A DNA stretch of 64,000 bases from an uncultured archaeon (GCA_964534625.1 CAZHRF010000007.1:1-64000), one strand, 5' to 3'; counted from the stretch's first letter, positions 29,766 through 40,796 are shown. Made by a program: numbers and translations. The notes: a model not told the origin generated them from the sequence alone.

Positions 29766-31397
29766 ATGAGGATTCGCAAAACTATTATTGTTCTAGTCCT
29801 ATTTACCTTTTTATTTTTAAGCTTAAGATCTAGCAATCTTTCGAATAATCAGAGTGTAAATGCATGGGGTATACCCACACATCAGACTATTACTAGTCGC
29901 GCAATGCTGAATGTCGATGATGAATGGTTAGAGGCTTTTAATTACTATGCTCCAGAAGTACTTTCTGGTTGTACTTATCCAGATCAAGTATTGCAAGATT
30001 GGGAGAACCATCTTTACTATCCAGATCAACCCGATGCTTATAATGCCCATAAGCACATTAATAATACAGTTTATGGTATTCGAGCATACATTGAACAAGA
30101 AGATTGGTTAACTGCTTTCTTTTTGCTTGGGGTAGTTAGTCATTATACTGCTGATATTAATATTCCTGTTCATACCGATAGTTATTGGAGTGGACATCCA
30201 GCTTATGAAACCGATATAAACAACCATCTAGGTAGTTTAGAATATGAAACACACGATTTTGACCAAATCGATGATCCCGTTCAATTCATAGTTGAATGTG
30301 CTACTTATGCTCATCAATATTATTGGATAATTAGAGATGCGTATCCTACTGGTACTACAAAAAATATTGTGAATACTAATGAAACGATAAAAACTATAAC
30401 AGAAGAGCAATTAGGACGTGCTATTGGAGCTATGAATGCCCTTTGGAATCTCACTCTTACGGGATATACCCCGCCTGAAATTGAAGAATTAGAAAATGTC
30501 GCTACGGTTTTAATTGATGTTGGCCATGGTAATGATTATACAGAGGAAATGACTTCTTTAGTTGGAACTCTTGACAGAGATATTGTAGAAATAAACTATA
30601 TTGATACTGAAATTACAGCTTATGATTTGATGGGGGTTGATCTTTTAATTATAACTGCTTTAGATGGAGAAAATGCTTTTACTGAAGACGAGATGGTTGT
30701 CATAAGTAATTGGTACAAAACTGGCAATCATATTCTTATGAGCTCTAGAGGTGATTATAATCACATCAATTATGCTTCAATGAATCTGCTGTTAGAAAAT
30801 ATCAGCTCGCAAATGAGGATAAATGACGATAATGTTTATACCACAGATCCTGAAGCATATCAAGCATGGTACTGTCTAACCGATAATTACAATACTAATG
30901 CAAGCGTTGCAGATATTTTTGTGAATGTGACGCAGTCAATACGATTATTCTCTCCAAGTTCACTTTATGCTATAGACGAAACCAATATTGAATGGGTAGT
31001 GAAAGGTTCAGAATACTTTTATCAAGAAGATACCAACCCTCAGTCACCTGAAGTTACATATACTAATGGTTCTGAAATACCTATGGCAGGGCTTGAAAAG
31101 ATGAATGATTCTTCAATAGCAATATTTGGATCAACAATATGGAGTGACTATGATTTTGGCTTAACTGATAGAGATAATGTTTTACTTACTTTGAATACCA
31201 TAGAACATCTTTTAGATATTGATCTTGTATCAAATGATGATCCAAGAAAAGAAGAGCCAACAATACCATCAGAAACAGAAACAACAGCGGAAACAAAACC
31301 TGACGATCCAACCATAACACCAGGATATACAATATTCATTTCATTTATTGCAGTTAGTACAATCGTTTCAATAATGAGTATAAGAAAGAAGAGATGA
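29766..31397 (+). CDS. Secreted, C-terminally anchored Zn-dependent phospholipase C / S1-P1 nuclease-family protein with a DUF4350-like second domain
   Basis: Signal peptide; AWGIPTH, YPD, HYTADINIPVH, HPAYE Zn ligands; LIDVGHG domain; Thr/Pro linker, PGY-TM-RKKR tail. Confidence 0.75.
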   Translation: MRIRKTIIVLVLFTFLFLSLRSSNLSNNQSVNAWGIPTHQTITSRAMLNVDDEWLEAFNYYAPEVLSGCTYPDQVLQDWENHLYYPDQPDAYNAHKHINNTVYGIRAYIEQEDWLTAFFLLGVVSHYTADINIPVHTDSYWSGHPAYETDINNHLGSLEYETHDFDQIDDPVQFIVECATYAHQYYWIIRDAYPTGTTKNIVNTNETIKTITEEQLGRAIGAMNALWNLTLTGYTPPEIEELENVATVLIDVGHGNDYTEEMTSLVGTLDRDIVEINYIDTEITAYDLMGVDLLIITALDGENAFTEDEMVVISNWYKTGNHILMSSRGDYNHINYASMNLLLENISSQMRINDDNVYTTDPEAYQAWYCLTDNYNTNASVADIFVNVTQSIRLFSPSSLYAIDETNIEWVVKGSEYFYQEDTNPQSPEVTYTNGSEIPMAGLEKMNDSSIAIFGSTIWSDYDFGLTDRDNVLLTLNTIEHLLDIDLVSNDDPRKEEPTIPSETETTAETKPDDPTITPGYTIFISFIAVSTIVSIMSIRKKR

Positions 31398-31520
31398 AAA
31401 AAAAAGAGACTCACAAATCAGTTTTGTTTTTCTTCTTTTTCTTCTTTGTCTTTTCTTGTGATCAAAAAAAATAAGTCGGGGATAGGTGATGTTGTCACCA
31501 GCGAGGCTTTTTCTTTTTTA

Positions 31521-31568
31521 TTTGAACGTCTTCTTGAAAACCCCGTCCTTGAGGGTGGGGTAGTTCAT
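31521..31568 (+). mobile_element. Solo IS200/IS605 hairpin: left-end/right-end chimera of the tnpB element family
   Basis: tttgaacgtcttcttgaaaaccccgtccttgaggg matches 61036-61070 except 1 nt, then tggggtagttcat matches the right end 62131-62143 except 1 nt. Confidence 0.8.
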
Positions 31569-31574
31569 GTAATT

Positions 31575-32432
31575 CTAATCAAGGTGTTCTAATATATATC
31601 TATAGACCGAGCCCCAGATATAATTATCGTCTCGTTCTTTAACTTCGAAATTGTTGGTATGTAACCATTTTTTAAACGCTTGCTTTAATTCTTCATCATA
31701 GACGTTCTTCTTTTCACCTGTGTAAAAATCCTCTTTTCTGAGAATAGAAACTATATTCTCTAATACTTCTCCTTCTATTTTGAATTTATCTTCAGGATCG
31801 TCTCGTTTGAGCAATGAGAGATCGTATAGCTGGAAAACTCTTTTTAGCTCTTTGATTGGTGTTTCATGGTCATCAACGCGTATATCAATGTATTTATCGG
31901 TGCCCCCATCATAGGCTCCACTTTCTTTAACAATTAAAATGGCTGCGCTTTGTTTTCCTCTCCTATCACCACCTGCTGCTTGAGCTGCTTCTAATGCAGC
32001 TAAAATACGATCTATTAAATCACCCTCAGTTTGTTCAAAAGTTTTAGACATGTCTTTAACAACTTGTTCAGAATCTAATATATTTCCTTGGCAACAGAAA
32101 TTTTTACCAACATAGTGACCAGCCCAGTCAAAACATTCTTTCCCCGTAAAAGACGCAGCGTTACCATTTTTGTCAACAATACCAACTTGGCGGTGTTCTT
32201 TTCCCGAATCATGGTCAGTAAGAATTTTGATTACTTCTTCGGCCGCAAAATCTTGTTCTAACAAATTCAAACCTCTTGGACCATAGCTAGTATTAGCATA
32301 CGCTTGGGATGCAATAGCTCCAACATTAGATTTGGCGAAAGGAACAATAGAACCAACAGCTATAAATTTAGATTGGACACCAACGCCCCATTCGTTATTT
32401 TTAGGATCATAAGCTACAATTGAGAATGTCAT
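31575..32432 (-). CDS. DUF1028 Ntn-hydrolase-like protein
   Basis: MTFSIVA, GAIASQA, QGNIL, GGDRRGKQSAA, RVDDH. Confidence 0.9.
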   Translation of the reverse strand: MTFSIVAYDPKNNEWGVGVQSKFIAVGSIVPFAKSNVGAIASQAYANTSYGPRGLNLLEQDFAAEEVIKILTDHDSGKEHRQVGIVDKNGNAASFTGKECFDWAGHYVGKNFCCQGNILDSEQVVKDMSKTFEQTEGDLIDRILAALEAAQAAGGDRRGKQSAAILIVKESGAYDGGTDKYIDIRVDDHETPIKELKRVFQLYDLSLLKRDDPEDKFKIEGEVLENIVSILRKEDFYTGEKKNVYDEELKQAFKKWLHTNNFEVKERDDNYIWGSVYRYILEHLD

Positions 32433-32672
32433 ACAAGATTATATTGACAGATGATGTTATTTAATCTTATCCTAAACATGACATCAACAAAAAATTAATC
32501 CTAGATGAACAGAGAATCTTCGAAAGCTGTAATGTCAATAGACTTAGGTAGTAAATGAAGTCTTTCTGGTATTGGCTCATCCTTTATTAGCTCTTTATAT
32601 TATTGGATCTTTAATGCATCAAAAAGCAACCGATAAATTTACAATATCAAAAAGAAAGAAGACTTAGATATT

Positions 32673-33590
32673 ATGTTAACAATAACTTCTATTGACCGAG
32701 ATAAATGCATTAAATGTGAGCGATGTATTAGGGTATGCCCCGTTAAACTTTTTTCAGTTGAACGAGAAGATGTCAATAAGCACATAATCTTTGATGATCC
32801 CCATGGACTTTGTATAAAATGTGGGCATTGTGTAAGTATCTGCCCTACTCAGGCTGTGAAATTTGAAGGAGAATCTCCCGTATATTTTGAAGAATCCAAG
32901 CATCCAGAGAAATTAATCTCTTATGATACTTTAATGAAATTTCTCAGAGCTAGACGGTCAGTAAGGATGTACAAAGATGAGAAAGTTCCGAAACAAGAAA
33001 TAGAAAAAATTCTCCGCGCAATGAAATATGCTCCCACTGCAAGCAATAAACAAAAAAGAGAGTTTATAATTATAACCGATGAAAAGGAAATCGCGTCATT
33101 AGCTGCTGAGGTACGAAAGATGATGTACAAAGCCAAAAAACTGCTCAAATGGGGACGTTTTATTGCTCCTTTTGTACCCGGAGAACTCAAAAAATTATTA
33201 AGAAGTGAGAGGACAAGGCATAATCTCAAAATATTTTTAGAAAGGACAGAACAAGGAGAAGATTTGATTTTTTTCCATGCACCATGTGTGATAATTTTAC
33301 ATAGTCCAAAATACGCTCATATGGCCGGAAATGATGCTGGGTTGGCTTTTACTCATGGTATGTTAGCTGCTCAGTCATTAGGACTAGGTACATGTTGGAT
33401 CGGATATGCACAAGAGTATATTTGGAGAACACCTTCATTAAAGAAAGAACTAGGAATACCTAAAAAACATGAAGTATATGGGGTAATGATTGTAGGGTAT
33501 CCAGAATATTCATTTCACGCAGTACCCCCAAGAAGACCTCTTAAAGTTAAGTGGATAGACGAGGAAGAAAAAAGGAATCAATCTATTTGA
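32673..33590 (+). CDS. Nitroreductase with N-terminal 2x[4Fe-4S] ferredoxin domain
   Basis: Two CxxCxxCxxxCP motifs; RRSVRMY, APTASN, GLGTCWIG. Confidence 0.92.
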   Translation: MLTITSIDRDKCIKCERCIRVCPVKLFSVEREDVNKHIIFDDPHGLCIKCGHCVSICPTQAVKFEGESPVYFEESKHPEKLISYDTLMKFLRARRSVRMYKDEKVPKQEIEKILRAMKYAPTASNKQKREFIIITDEKEIASLAAEVRKMMYKAKKLLKWGRFIAPFVPGELKKLLRSERTRHNLKIFLERTEQGEDLIFFHAPCVIILHSPKYAHMAGNDAGLAFTHGMLAAQSLGLGTCWIGYAQEYIWRTPSLKKELGIPKKHEVYGVMIVGYPEYSFHAVPPRRPLKVKWIDEEEKRNQSI

Positions 33591-33605
33591 TTTGAGAATG
33601 ATTCT

Positions 33606-34976
33606 TTAATAATCAGATTCTTGGTTATGATCCCTTTTCTTTTTTAGAGGTGTAACTAATAAAGTACCCGCTTTTTCTAAGTTGCGGATAGAAATTATTT
33701 TGAAAATTTTACCTAATGGGCGGAGAATTGTTCCCCCTATTATTGGCTCTTTTACAAAGATAAATAGTATTGTTCCTAATAATCTTATTATTCCACTGAT
33801 AATAAACATTATAATAAATAGTTCAGCAGTAAATTGCAATATTAATCCTCCTAAAATCGGCCCTAAAAATGATGCCATTGAACTAACTGCATTAATAATT
33901 GCAAGTTGTAATGTACGTCGCCGAGGATGAATAATATCAATAATCAAGCCGGTTAAGGCACCATTGATGAAACCCCAGGCTGCACCATTAATAATCCAAA
34001 GAGTAAGTAAAAAGTAAAATACTTCATTAATAGGGAAAAAATAAGGCAATACATAAATTAAAGGAAAAAATGACGTAAAGCTGGAACTAATAATCAAAAG
34101 TTCTTTTTTCCTTATTCTATGGATAAATCTTGCAGTTAACAATGAGGTTAACATTTGGGGAAATAATCCAACAGCTGAAATCAAAGAAATCCTAAAGATA
34201 TCTAAGTTATAGAACAGCCCATTATAAATGATATAAAAGGGAGCTGAAAGATGCACTCCAAAAACAAAAATAAAACTTACTGCAGTCAAGATTCCAAAGT
34301 TCTTGTCTGTTTTCATTATTGCAAAGATATTATCTAAACTTATGTCAACCTCTTCTATTTCCGCCCATTGTTTTTTTTTCTGTAATTTTTCTTGAGAAGG
34401 AACAGCTAGATAAAACAAGATTGCTGATATAATAGATAGAGTGCCCGCTAATAAAAAAAGGATTTTAAATCCTATTTCTTCAACAAAATATGTGAGTATA
34501 AGTCCAGCAGAGAGAATACCTATTAAAGCACCAAAAACCATGAAAAATTGTCCGAGACTGTTCCAGAATGCATAATCCTTTCTTTTGGTTCTTCCTACAA
34601 GAAGAGCTGAAGAGGTAGGTATTGATCCTGAGGTAAAAAGACTCTGACTTGCCCGAAGCGCAATAAAAACTCCAACACGTTGTGTAAGTAAATAAATATA
34701 ATAGAAAATAGAGGAGATAAAATTAGTAAAAATAGCAATTATTCTAATTTTATGATACTTTTCTGCTATTTTAGCCCAAAAGATTTGTACAATATTTAAT
34801 AGACTGGATATTGATACTAAAAAACCTATTAGAGTACTATTGGCACCTAGGTAAGTTGCATATAATGGAATAAATGGTGAGATCATGGATTCAGCTGTTG
34901 CTTTAGTTGCAGTTGAACTGAACCAGCTGAAAGGTTTAATATTGCTCGCTTTGTTCTTCTTTTCTTGAACAGCCAT
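33606..34976 (-). CDS. MFS transporter
   Basis: 12 TM; PFIPLYATYLGA, GPILGG. Confidence 0.85.
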   Translation of the reverse strand: MAVQEKKNKASNIKPFSWFSSTATKATAESMISPFIPLYATYLGANSTLIGFLVSISSLLNIVQIFWAKIAEKYHKIRIIAIFTNFISSIFYYIYLLTQRVGVFIALRASQSLFTSGSIPTSSALLVGRTKRKDYAFWNSLGQFFMVFGALIGILSAGLILTYFVEEIGFKILFLLAGTLSIISAILFYLAVPSQEKLQKKKQWAEIEEVDISLDNIFAIMKTDKNFGILTAVSFIFVFGVHLSAPFYIIYNGLFYNLDIFRISLISAVGLFPQMLTSLLTARFIHRIRKKELLIISSSFTSFFPLIYVLPYFFPINEVFYFLLTLWIINGAAWGFINGALTGLIIDIIHPRRRTLQLAIINAVSSMASFLGPILGGLILQFTAELFIIMFIISGIIRLLGTILFIFVKEPIIGGTILRPLGKIFKIISIRNLEKAGTLLVTPLKKKRDHNQESDY

Positions 34977-35171
34977 ACTATCAAATCCTTGGGATTAATT
35001 ACTTCTATATGCGATTTATGTTTTAATTCTTAAACTTTTATAATGAGTAGAAGGTTTTATGTTTGGTTTTCATTAGATATCAATGCCAAAAATAGAGAGA
35101 TCGATGATAAATTTTTGATACAACATAGTTTTTTAAAGTTTGAAAAAAGAAGTTTCAATGGAATGGTTAGA

Positions 35172-35870
35172 ATGTCTGATAATTTAACAATAGCAGCTGT
35201 TTTTGCTCATCCTGATGATGAACTTGGCGTAGTTGGAACATTAAGCAATCATGTGGAGGCTGGAGATAAAGCATATGTGATATTATTAACCAAAGGAGAA
35301 AATGCCTCCACTTTATGCTGTTCTCCTGATGAGATCGTAGAGACAAGAAAGAGTCATGCAAAAGAAATAGAGCAGATATTAGGTGTGGAATATCGTTTTT
35401 TAGATATACCGGATTCAGCTGTTTCTCCAACAGTTGAAAATGCAAAAAAGCTAGCTTCATTATTTAAGGAAATCAAGCCACAAGTAGTAATAACTTGGGA
35501 CAAATCACCTCAAATGGGTCATGGGCATCCAGATCATAGATACACATATGATGTTTGTTTGGATGCTTTATCGTATATGCGATATAAAAATAATGATGAC
35601 AAATATGAACCATATAGAGAAAAAGTTAGTTTTTACACTTTGGCCCATTCGTTGGGGCTAAATAATCAAGGAGTAACATTTGTTGATGTTAGTTCTCAGG
35701 TAGATAACATTAAAAAATTCATAAATGTGTATCAAAAAGCGTATGGAAACTGGGATGTATGGGGGTTCAAACAATCACTGATGAAAATGTTTGGAAGATT
35801 AGCAGGCACAAGTTATGCTGAAGGATTCAAAAAAATTATCTGGAGAAAGCCTAGAATGTTACTGGATTAA
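35172..35870 (+). CDS. PIG-L/LmbE family deacetylase
   Basis: AHPDDE, GHPDH, YAEGF; likely start ATG 35172 (ORF track 35043). Confidence 0.88.
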   Translation: MSDNLTIAAVFAHPDDELGVVGTLSNHVEAGDKAYVILLTKGENASTLCCSPDEIVETRKSHAKEIEQILGVEYRFLDIPDSAVSPTVENAKKLASLFKEIKPQVVITWDKSPQMGHGHPDHRYTYDVCLDALSYMRYKNNDDKYEPYREKVSFYTLAHSLGLNNQGVTFVDVSSQVDNIKKFINVYQKAYGNWDVWGFKQSLMKMFGRLAGTSYAEGFKKIIWRKPRMLLD

Positions 35871-35891
35871 TCTTTCCTTTTTTTTCCTTTG

Positions 35892-38234
35892 TTATTTGTC
35901 GAAAATAATGTAATTGACTTTGTCTTTTCCTAAAAAGTTTAGTTTACCTATATTGACAAATTGTTTTTTCTTTCCTTCTCTTTCTAATTTTATGTGCCAT
36001 GTATTAGCATTTTGTTTTTGTGCTTTTATCTTGATATATTCATATTCACCTTTCTCAAAAGCTTTAGACTGACCATCATCCAGATATATTTCACCTTCAG
36101 CATAGTTTTTCCCCACTATAAGCAAATCAATTTCTGAGTTTAACATTTCTTCAGTATTTTGTATTTCTTTAGTTATCATGGGAATTATAGATCCTTCTTT
36201 AATGAAAATTGGGATTACACTAAGAGGTGCTTGTATGGTATGCACTTGTTTTCCTTCATATATTCGCTCGTTAAACATATGCCAAGTTCCTTCGGGGAGA
36301 TAGATCTCTCTTTCTTCTGCTCCTTTTTCCATAATAGGAGCAACTATAATTTGATTACCTAGTACATATTCCGTCTCTGCCCACTGTTGTTTATGTGCTT
36401 CTCTATCAATAATTGAGTTATACCATAGGGGTCTCATTGCAGGAATACCTGATAGGCATGTTTCTCTAATTACAGTATAAATGTAAGGTAAGAATTTATA
36501 CCGTAGTTGAATAGTTTCACGAATCACCTTCTCATGCTCTTCCCCATATAACCAAGGTTCCTGAGAACAATTTTTTATTGTATGGTTACGATAAAAAGGG
36601 AACAAGATGGCAGCTTGATACCATCGGGCAAGTAATTCACCAGAAGGTTTCCCTACAAAACCCCCGATATCCGGACCGATTATTACTTGACCGCTTAAAG
36701 ACATATTTAGAAGCATTGGAATACATAATCGCAAATGGTTCCATTCAGAAATATTATCTCCTGTCCAACTTCCTGCGTATTTTTGTGTAGATAAAAATGC
36801 TGAACGAGTAAGGATAAAAATACGTTTATTCGGTAAAAGTTTTGTCAATCCTTGGTAGACAGATTTTGCCATTAGATGCCCATATAAGTTGTGGATATCT
36901 TTATGTTGTAGATTCTTTCCTTCAGCAGGATGGATAGCATCATCGGGAATTGTACCTGAGGAATTGAATAGGCTTGGATCATTCATATCTATCCAAAAAG
37001 CTCTAACACCAACTTCAGTTAATTTGTTAAAATGACTACCAAACCAATCTCTTGTTTTTGATTGGACAAAATCAGGAAAATGGCAGGGACCTGGCCAAAC
37101 CTTTCCCACATAAGGCTTTCCATCTTGATCCAGAATAAAGTGGTTGTCTTTTATTCCTTCTGCATACAACTCATATTCTGGTTCTATTTTAATTCCAGGA
37201 TCAGTCATGGCCATAATATGAAATCCTTGTGAATTAAGATCTGAAATCATTTTTGGTGGAGTAGGAAATTTTTCTCTATCCCATGTGAAGATCTTATAAT
37301 TGTCCATATAATCGATATCTAAATGGATAAAATCACAAGGTATCTTTTTTGTTCTAAACGTGTTCGCGAGATTTCTTACATCTTCTTCTGGATAATAACT
37401 CCATTTACTTTGATGATTACCCAATACCGATATGGGCGGTAAAGGGGATTTACCTAATACATCTGCCAATTTTTGATACAATATGTTGATATCGGGGGCA
37501 ACAACGAGTAATAGATCAGCGTTGTTAGATTCTATGAAGTATTGTATTTGTATTGTATCTTCTTTTTTTTCTGTTTTTATTTGACTTCTTTGAGGATTAT
37601 CATAAATAATTGAATAACAGAGATTATTTCCTATTCCAATCAAAATAGGTTGAGATTGATAAAGATGGTCAAATTTTCTACTATACGCAATGCTATCTGT
37701 GTTCCAAAAAGAAGTGGTTGTATTTGTTTTTTCTAAAGAACTGGTATTTTCGCCTAAACCATAGATAAGATTATTTGGATCAACTTCTATTTGTATTTGC
37801 ATCCATTTTTCTGTATTTTTTAATGTCAGATCGGAGATGAATGTGTTTTCTCTGCATATCACAGAAAACCTACGTTCATCTATTTGAAATTCTGTTTCAT
37901 TATCTTTTGAAACAAGTTTATCCTTCTTTAAATTCATCTTGTTTAAATCATCATTTTTAATCAAAGACCAAAACTTGGGAGAGGATCTTTTTTTGCTGGT
38001 AAAAGTTAATTTATAGATAAAATTATCTTGTATGGCATTAATTGATAGAAGATAATCATCAAAAGCTATTTCATGCCATTCTTCTTTTTCTATCATCTGT
38101 CCTTGTATGCTTTGAATATTCCATTCTGTTGGAGGATTAACCGCATTATACTTGTTTATACTCCTCCTAAAAGCCTTTAATCCCAATTTAACAAGAAAAA
38201 GAGGTAACTTTCCTATAATCTCTACACTAACCAT
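35892..38234 (-). CDS. GH31 alpha-glucosidase
   Basis: HLDIDYMD, WIDMND nucleophile, WTGDN, DIGGF. Confidence 0.92.
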   Translation of the reverse strand: MVSVEIIGKLPLFLVKLGLKAFRRSINKYNAVNPPTEWNIQSIQGQMIEKEEWHEIAFDDYLLSINAIQDNFIYKLTFTSKKRSSPKFWSLIKNDDLNKMNLKKDKLVSKDNETEFQIDERRFSVICRENTFISDLTLKNTEKWMQIQIEVDPNNLIYGLGENTSSLEKTNTTTSFWNTDSIAYSRKFDHLYQSQPILIGIGNNLCYSIIYDNPQRSQIKTEKKEDTIQIQYFIESNNADLLLVVAPDINILYQKLADVLGKSPLPPISVLGNHQSKWSYYPEEDVRNLANTFRTKKIPCDFIHLDIDYMDNYKIFTWDREKFPTPPKMISDLNSQGFHIMAMTDPGIKIEPEYELYAEGIKDNHFILDQDGKPYVGKVWPGPCHFPDFVQSKTRDWFGSHFNKLTEVGVRAFWIDMNDPSLFNSSGTIPDDAIHPAEGKNLQHKDIHNLYGHLMAKSVYQGLTKLLPNKRIFILTRSAFLSTQKYAGSWTGDNISEWNHLRLCIPMLLNMSLSGQVIIGPDIGGFVGKPSGELLARWYQAAILFPFYRNHTIKNCSQEPWLYGEEHEKVIRETIQLRYKFLPYIYTVIRETCLSGIPAMRPLWYNSIIDREAHKQQWAETEYVLGNQIIVAPIMEKGAEEREIYLPEGTWHMFNERIYEGKQVHTIQAPLSVIPIFIKEGSIIPMITKEIQNTEEMLNSEIDLLIVGKNYAEGEIYLDDGQSKAFEKGEYEYIKIKAQKQNANTWHIKLEREGKKKQFVNIGKLNFLGKDKVNYIIFDK

Positions 38235-38298
38235 AATTAAACATAAACAAAGTATTAAAAAAACCTTTTTGCCTTATTTGCGTGCTAAGTTTCTAACT

Positions 38299-38823
38299 TT
38301 AAAATCCTACATAAATTTGAAAGATTAATGCACCTAAAAAAGATATCAAAGAGATAGTTGCAGCAGAGAATGAGTTAACAGGAAGTACTTTCAATTCAAT
38401 CGTAAATTTATTATTGAAAGGAGCAAGTGGTTTCATTTTTCCTGACAGTAAATCAATAACAAAATGAGCTAGAAAGCAACTTATGGCAAGTATCATTAAT
38501 TCCGGGTAAAATCCTGTAAGCACAAAAATCAAATAACTGAATACACTCACTAGTAGTATGCCAAACGGCTCATGCATAAATGTATGATAACAATGTCTGT
38601 CCTTGTCATCTTCAAGGGTTCTAAAGTAGAGCTTAATTAATTGCGGAATATTCCATATTTGTGCTTCTGGGAACCTTTTTTTGTAATGGTACACATGATC
38701 ATAATCTATAAGAACACCGAAAACGAATATAACGAGAATGAGTAAGGGGAGAGGGACAAAATAAAATTGATTAAAGATAAGACCAATTAACACACTGATA
38801 CTCCCATGGGTAACAGAATCCAT
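38299..38823 (-). CDS. Membrane metal-dependent hydrolase (YdjM-like)
   Basis: MDSVTH, DYDH, HTFMH, HFVID. Confidence 0.75.
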   Translation of the reverse strand: MDSVTHGSISVLIGLIFNQFYFVPLPLLILVIFVFGVLIDYDHVYHYKKRFPEAQIWNIPQLIKLYFRTLEDDKDRHCYHTFMHEPFGILLVSVFSYLIFVLTGFYPELMILAISCFLAHFVIDLLSGKMKPLAPFNNKFTIELKVLPVNSFSAATISLISFLGALIFQIYVGF

Positions 38824-38900
38824 TGTTTTTAGGTTTCTTAAGATTGTTATAAAATTTCTGCTTCAACTAAATCACAAAAGGAAGAATTTTATGATATAAA

Positions 38901-39371
38901 ATGTGTATGTTCTTTATGCCTTCCTGTGGTGATTTTGATAAGATCATTTCCAATCCTCAAGAGGGAATGAAAAAAAGAAAACTAGCCTTGCAAAAACTAA
39001 TTGAAATGGGGTGTTTATCTTCATTGTATAAACATACTGATTCTTATGCTAGGATTAGATGGATTCGTTATTATTCGCTTATTGCTTTAGTACGTTTTGC
39101 AAGTATTAATTTAGATGCTGAAGAGGTAGCTATTGTGATTAATAAGGATGAAATTCTTCTTAAATCCCAAGAAGATAGATTGAAATTACGTAAACAAGCA
39201 GCAAGGTACTTATTCATTTTTTGTGTCAAAAAGAACAAACCTTCAAAAATGAAGATTCAAGCAATTAATGGGTTAGTAAATGGCAATCATAGGGAATATT
39301 TAGATGAATTACTCCAATCAGCTGATGTAGAAGAGTCAGTAAAAAGCAAAATCAAAAAATATACGAATTAA
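38901..39371 (+). CDS. Hypothetical helical protein
   Basis: 156-aa ORF, no recognised motif. Confidence 0.45.
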   Translation: MCMFFMPSCGDFDKIISNPQEGMKKRKLALQKLIEMGCLSSLYKHTDSYARIRWIRYYSLIALVRFASINLDAEEVAIVINKDEILLKSQEDRLKLRKQAARYLFIFCVKKNKPSKMKIQAINGLVNGNHREYLDELLQSADVEESVKSKIKKYTN

Positions 39372-39463
39372 AACGCTATTTATTGCACTCATGAACATTT
39401 TTCTCAATCTACAACAGTCCTTATTTCACTTGATGTCAAAAATTTAAAAAACATTACCTCTCA

Positions 39464-40030
39464 TTGTTTCATATGACGTATTATTTTGAAAAAGCTGGAG
39501 ATCATACAACTAAAGTGTTTGAATTAGTACAAAAACGAATAGAACAAGGGGATATACACCATTTAGTGTTGGCAACAACAAGAGGTGAGACAGCTCTAAA
39601 AGCGTCTGAATTCTTCAAAGATTTATCTATCCCTATCATTGCTGTTACCCATCAAGCTGGTTTTAGAGAGCCAGGAGGTATGGAAATATCTACAGAGGTT
39701 ATTAATACTTTAGAAGAACGGGGAATTACTGTTCTCACCACCACTCATGCCTTAGCTGGAGTTGGTCGGGCTATACGAAAAAAACATGGAACATGGCAAA
39801 TCTCCGAACTTATCGCTGATAGTCTAAGAATTTTTGGTCAAGGTACAAAAGTCTGTGTAGAAATTATTTTAATGGCTGCTGATGCAGGATTAATAGATAT
39901 AAAAGACACTATTGCTATTGGTGGAACAGGATGGGCTGCTGACACAGCTTGGGTAATAACACCCGCACATACTAATAATTTCTTTGATATGAAAATAAAA
40001 GAACTTATATGTAAACCAAAGAGTTTCTGA
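39464..40030 (+). CDS. Pyruvate-kinase C-terminal-like protein (MTH1675-type)
   Basis: LATTRGETA, VTHQAGF, GQGTKVCVEI..MAADAG, IGGTG.GADTA-like. Confidence 0.85.
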   Translation: MFHMTYYFEKAGDHTTKVFELVQKRIEQGDIHHLVLATTRGETALKASEFFKDLSIPIIAVTHQAGFREPGGMEISTEVINTLEERGITVLTTTHALAGVGRAIRKKHGTWQISELIADSLRIFGQGTKVCVEIILMAADAGLIDIKDTIAIGGTGWAADTAWVITPAHTNNFFDMKIKELICKPKSF

Positions 40031-40091
40031 ATCCCTTTGTATATTAAACGATACTCTAATAATTGTTCATAAGTAAAACAAAGGTGTAAAA

Positions 40092-40796
40092 GTGATATTT
40101 GATCCAACGACAGTTAATTGGCTATTTGTAATTGTTGGAAATATCATAATCTACAGCTTATTCTTTTTGAATATGTACTTGTCGGAAAAAATACCTGTCT
40201 GGATAACAAGGAAAATAGGTCATATTAGCTTGCACTTCTTTTTAGCTTTTTTCCCCTATTTTTTTGTTAATCTTTTTGATTTCATTATTTTCCTCGCACT
40301 TTTAATTTTTATGGGTTTTTTTTTATCTTTCACCACTAAATTTTGGTTCATATCCAAGATTATATTCTGTAATACAAGAAACATGAATGGAGAGACGTCT
40401 AGAGAATTTGCTTTAAATGCCTTTTTAACATCTTTAGGCGCCATAATTATATTTCTATTATTCCATAATCAGTTATATATTTACACAGCATCTCTTCTGA
40501 GTTTGAGTTTGGGAGATGGTTTTGGCGAGCTAATAGGAAGGCCATTTGGAACAATAAAGTTTACAATACTATCTGAGAAAAGTTTGATAGGGACAGTTGC
40601 GGTGTTTTTAGGGATATTTCTGAGTTTGATTATTGCATTCGTCATTAATACTCTTTTTTCATTTTCTATCATTTACAAACTATTTATTATAGCTTTAGTA
40701 GGTACAACTGCTGAATTATTCAATTATAAGTATCTGGATAATCTTTTTGTACCCTTTTCTGTCGCAGGTTCACTCTTTTTGCTTTTTGAAGTATAG
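40092..40796 (+). CDS. Dolichol/phytol kinase-like membrane protein
   Basis: RKIGH, GDGFGELIG..FG, KSLIG, DNLFVP. Confidence 0.8.
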   Translation: MIFDPTTVNWLFVIVGNIIIYSLFFLNMYLSEKIPVWITRKIGHISLHFFLAFFPYFFVNLFDFIIFLALLIFMGFFLSFTTKFWFISKIIFCNTRNMNGETSREFALNAFLTSLGAIIIFLLFHNQLYIYTASLLSLSLGDGFGELIGRPFGTIKFTILSEKSLIGTVAVFLGIFLSLIIAFVINTLFSFSIIYKLFIIALVGTTAELFNYKYLDNLFVPFSVAGSLFLLFEV

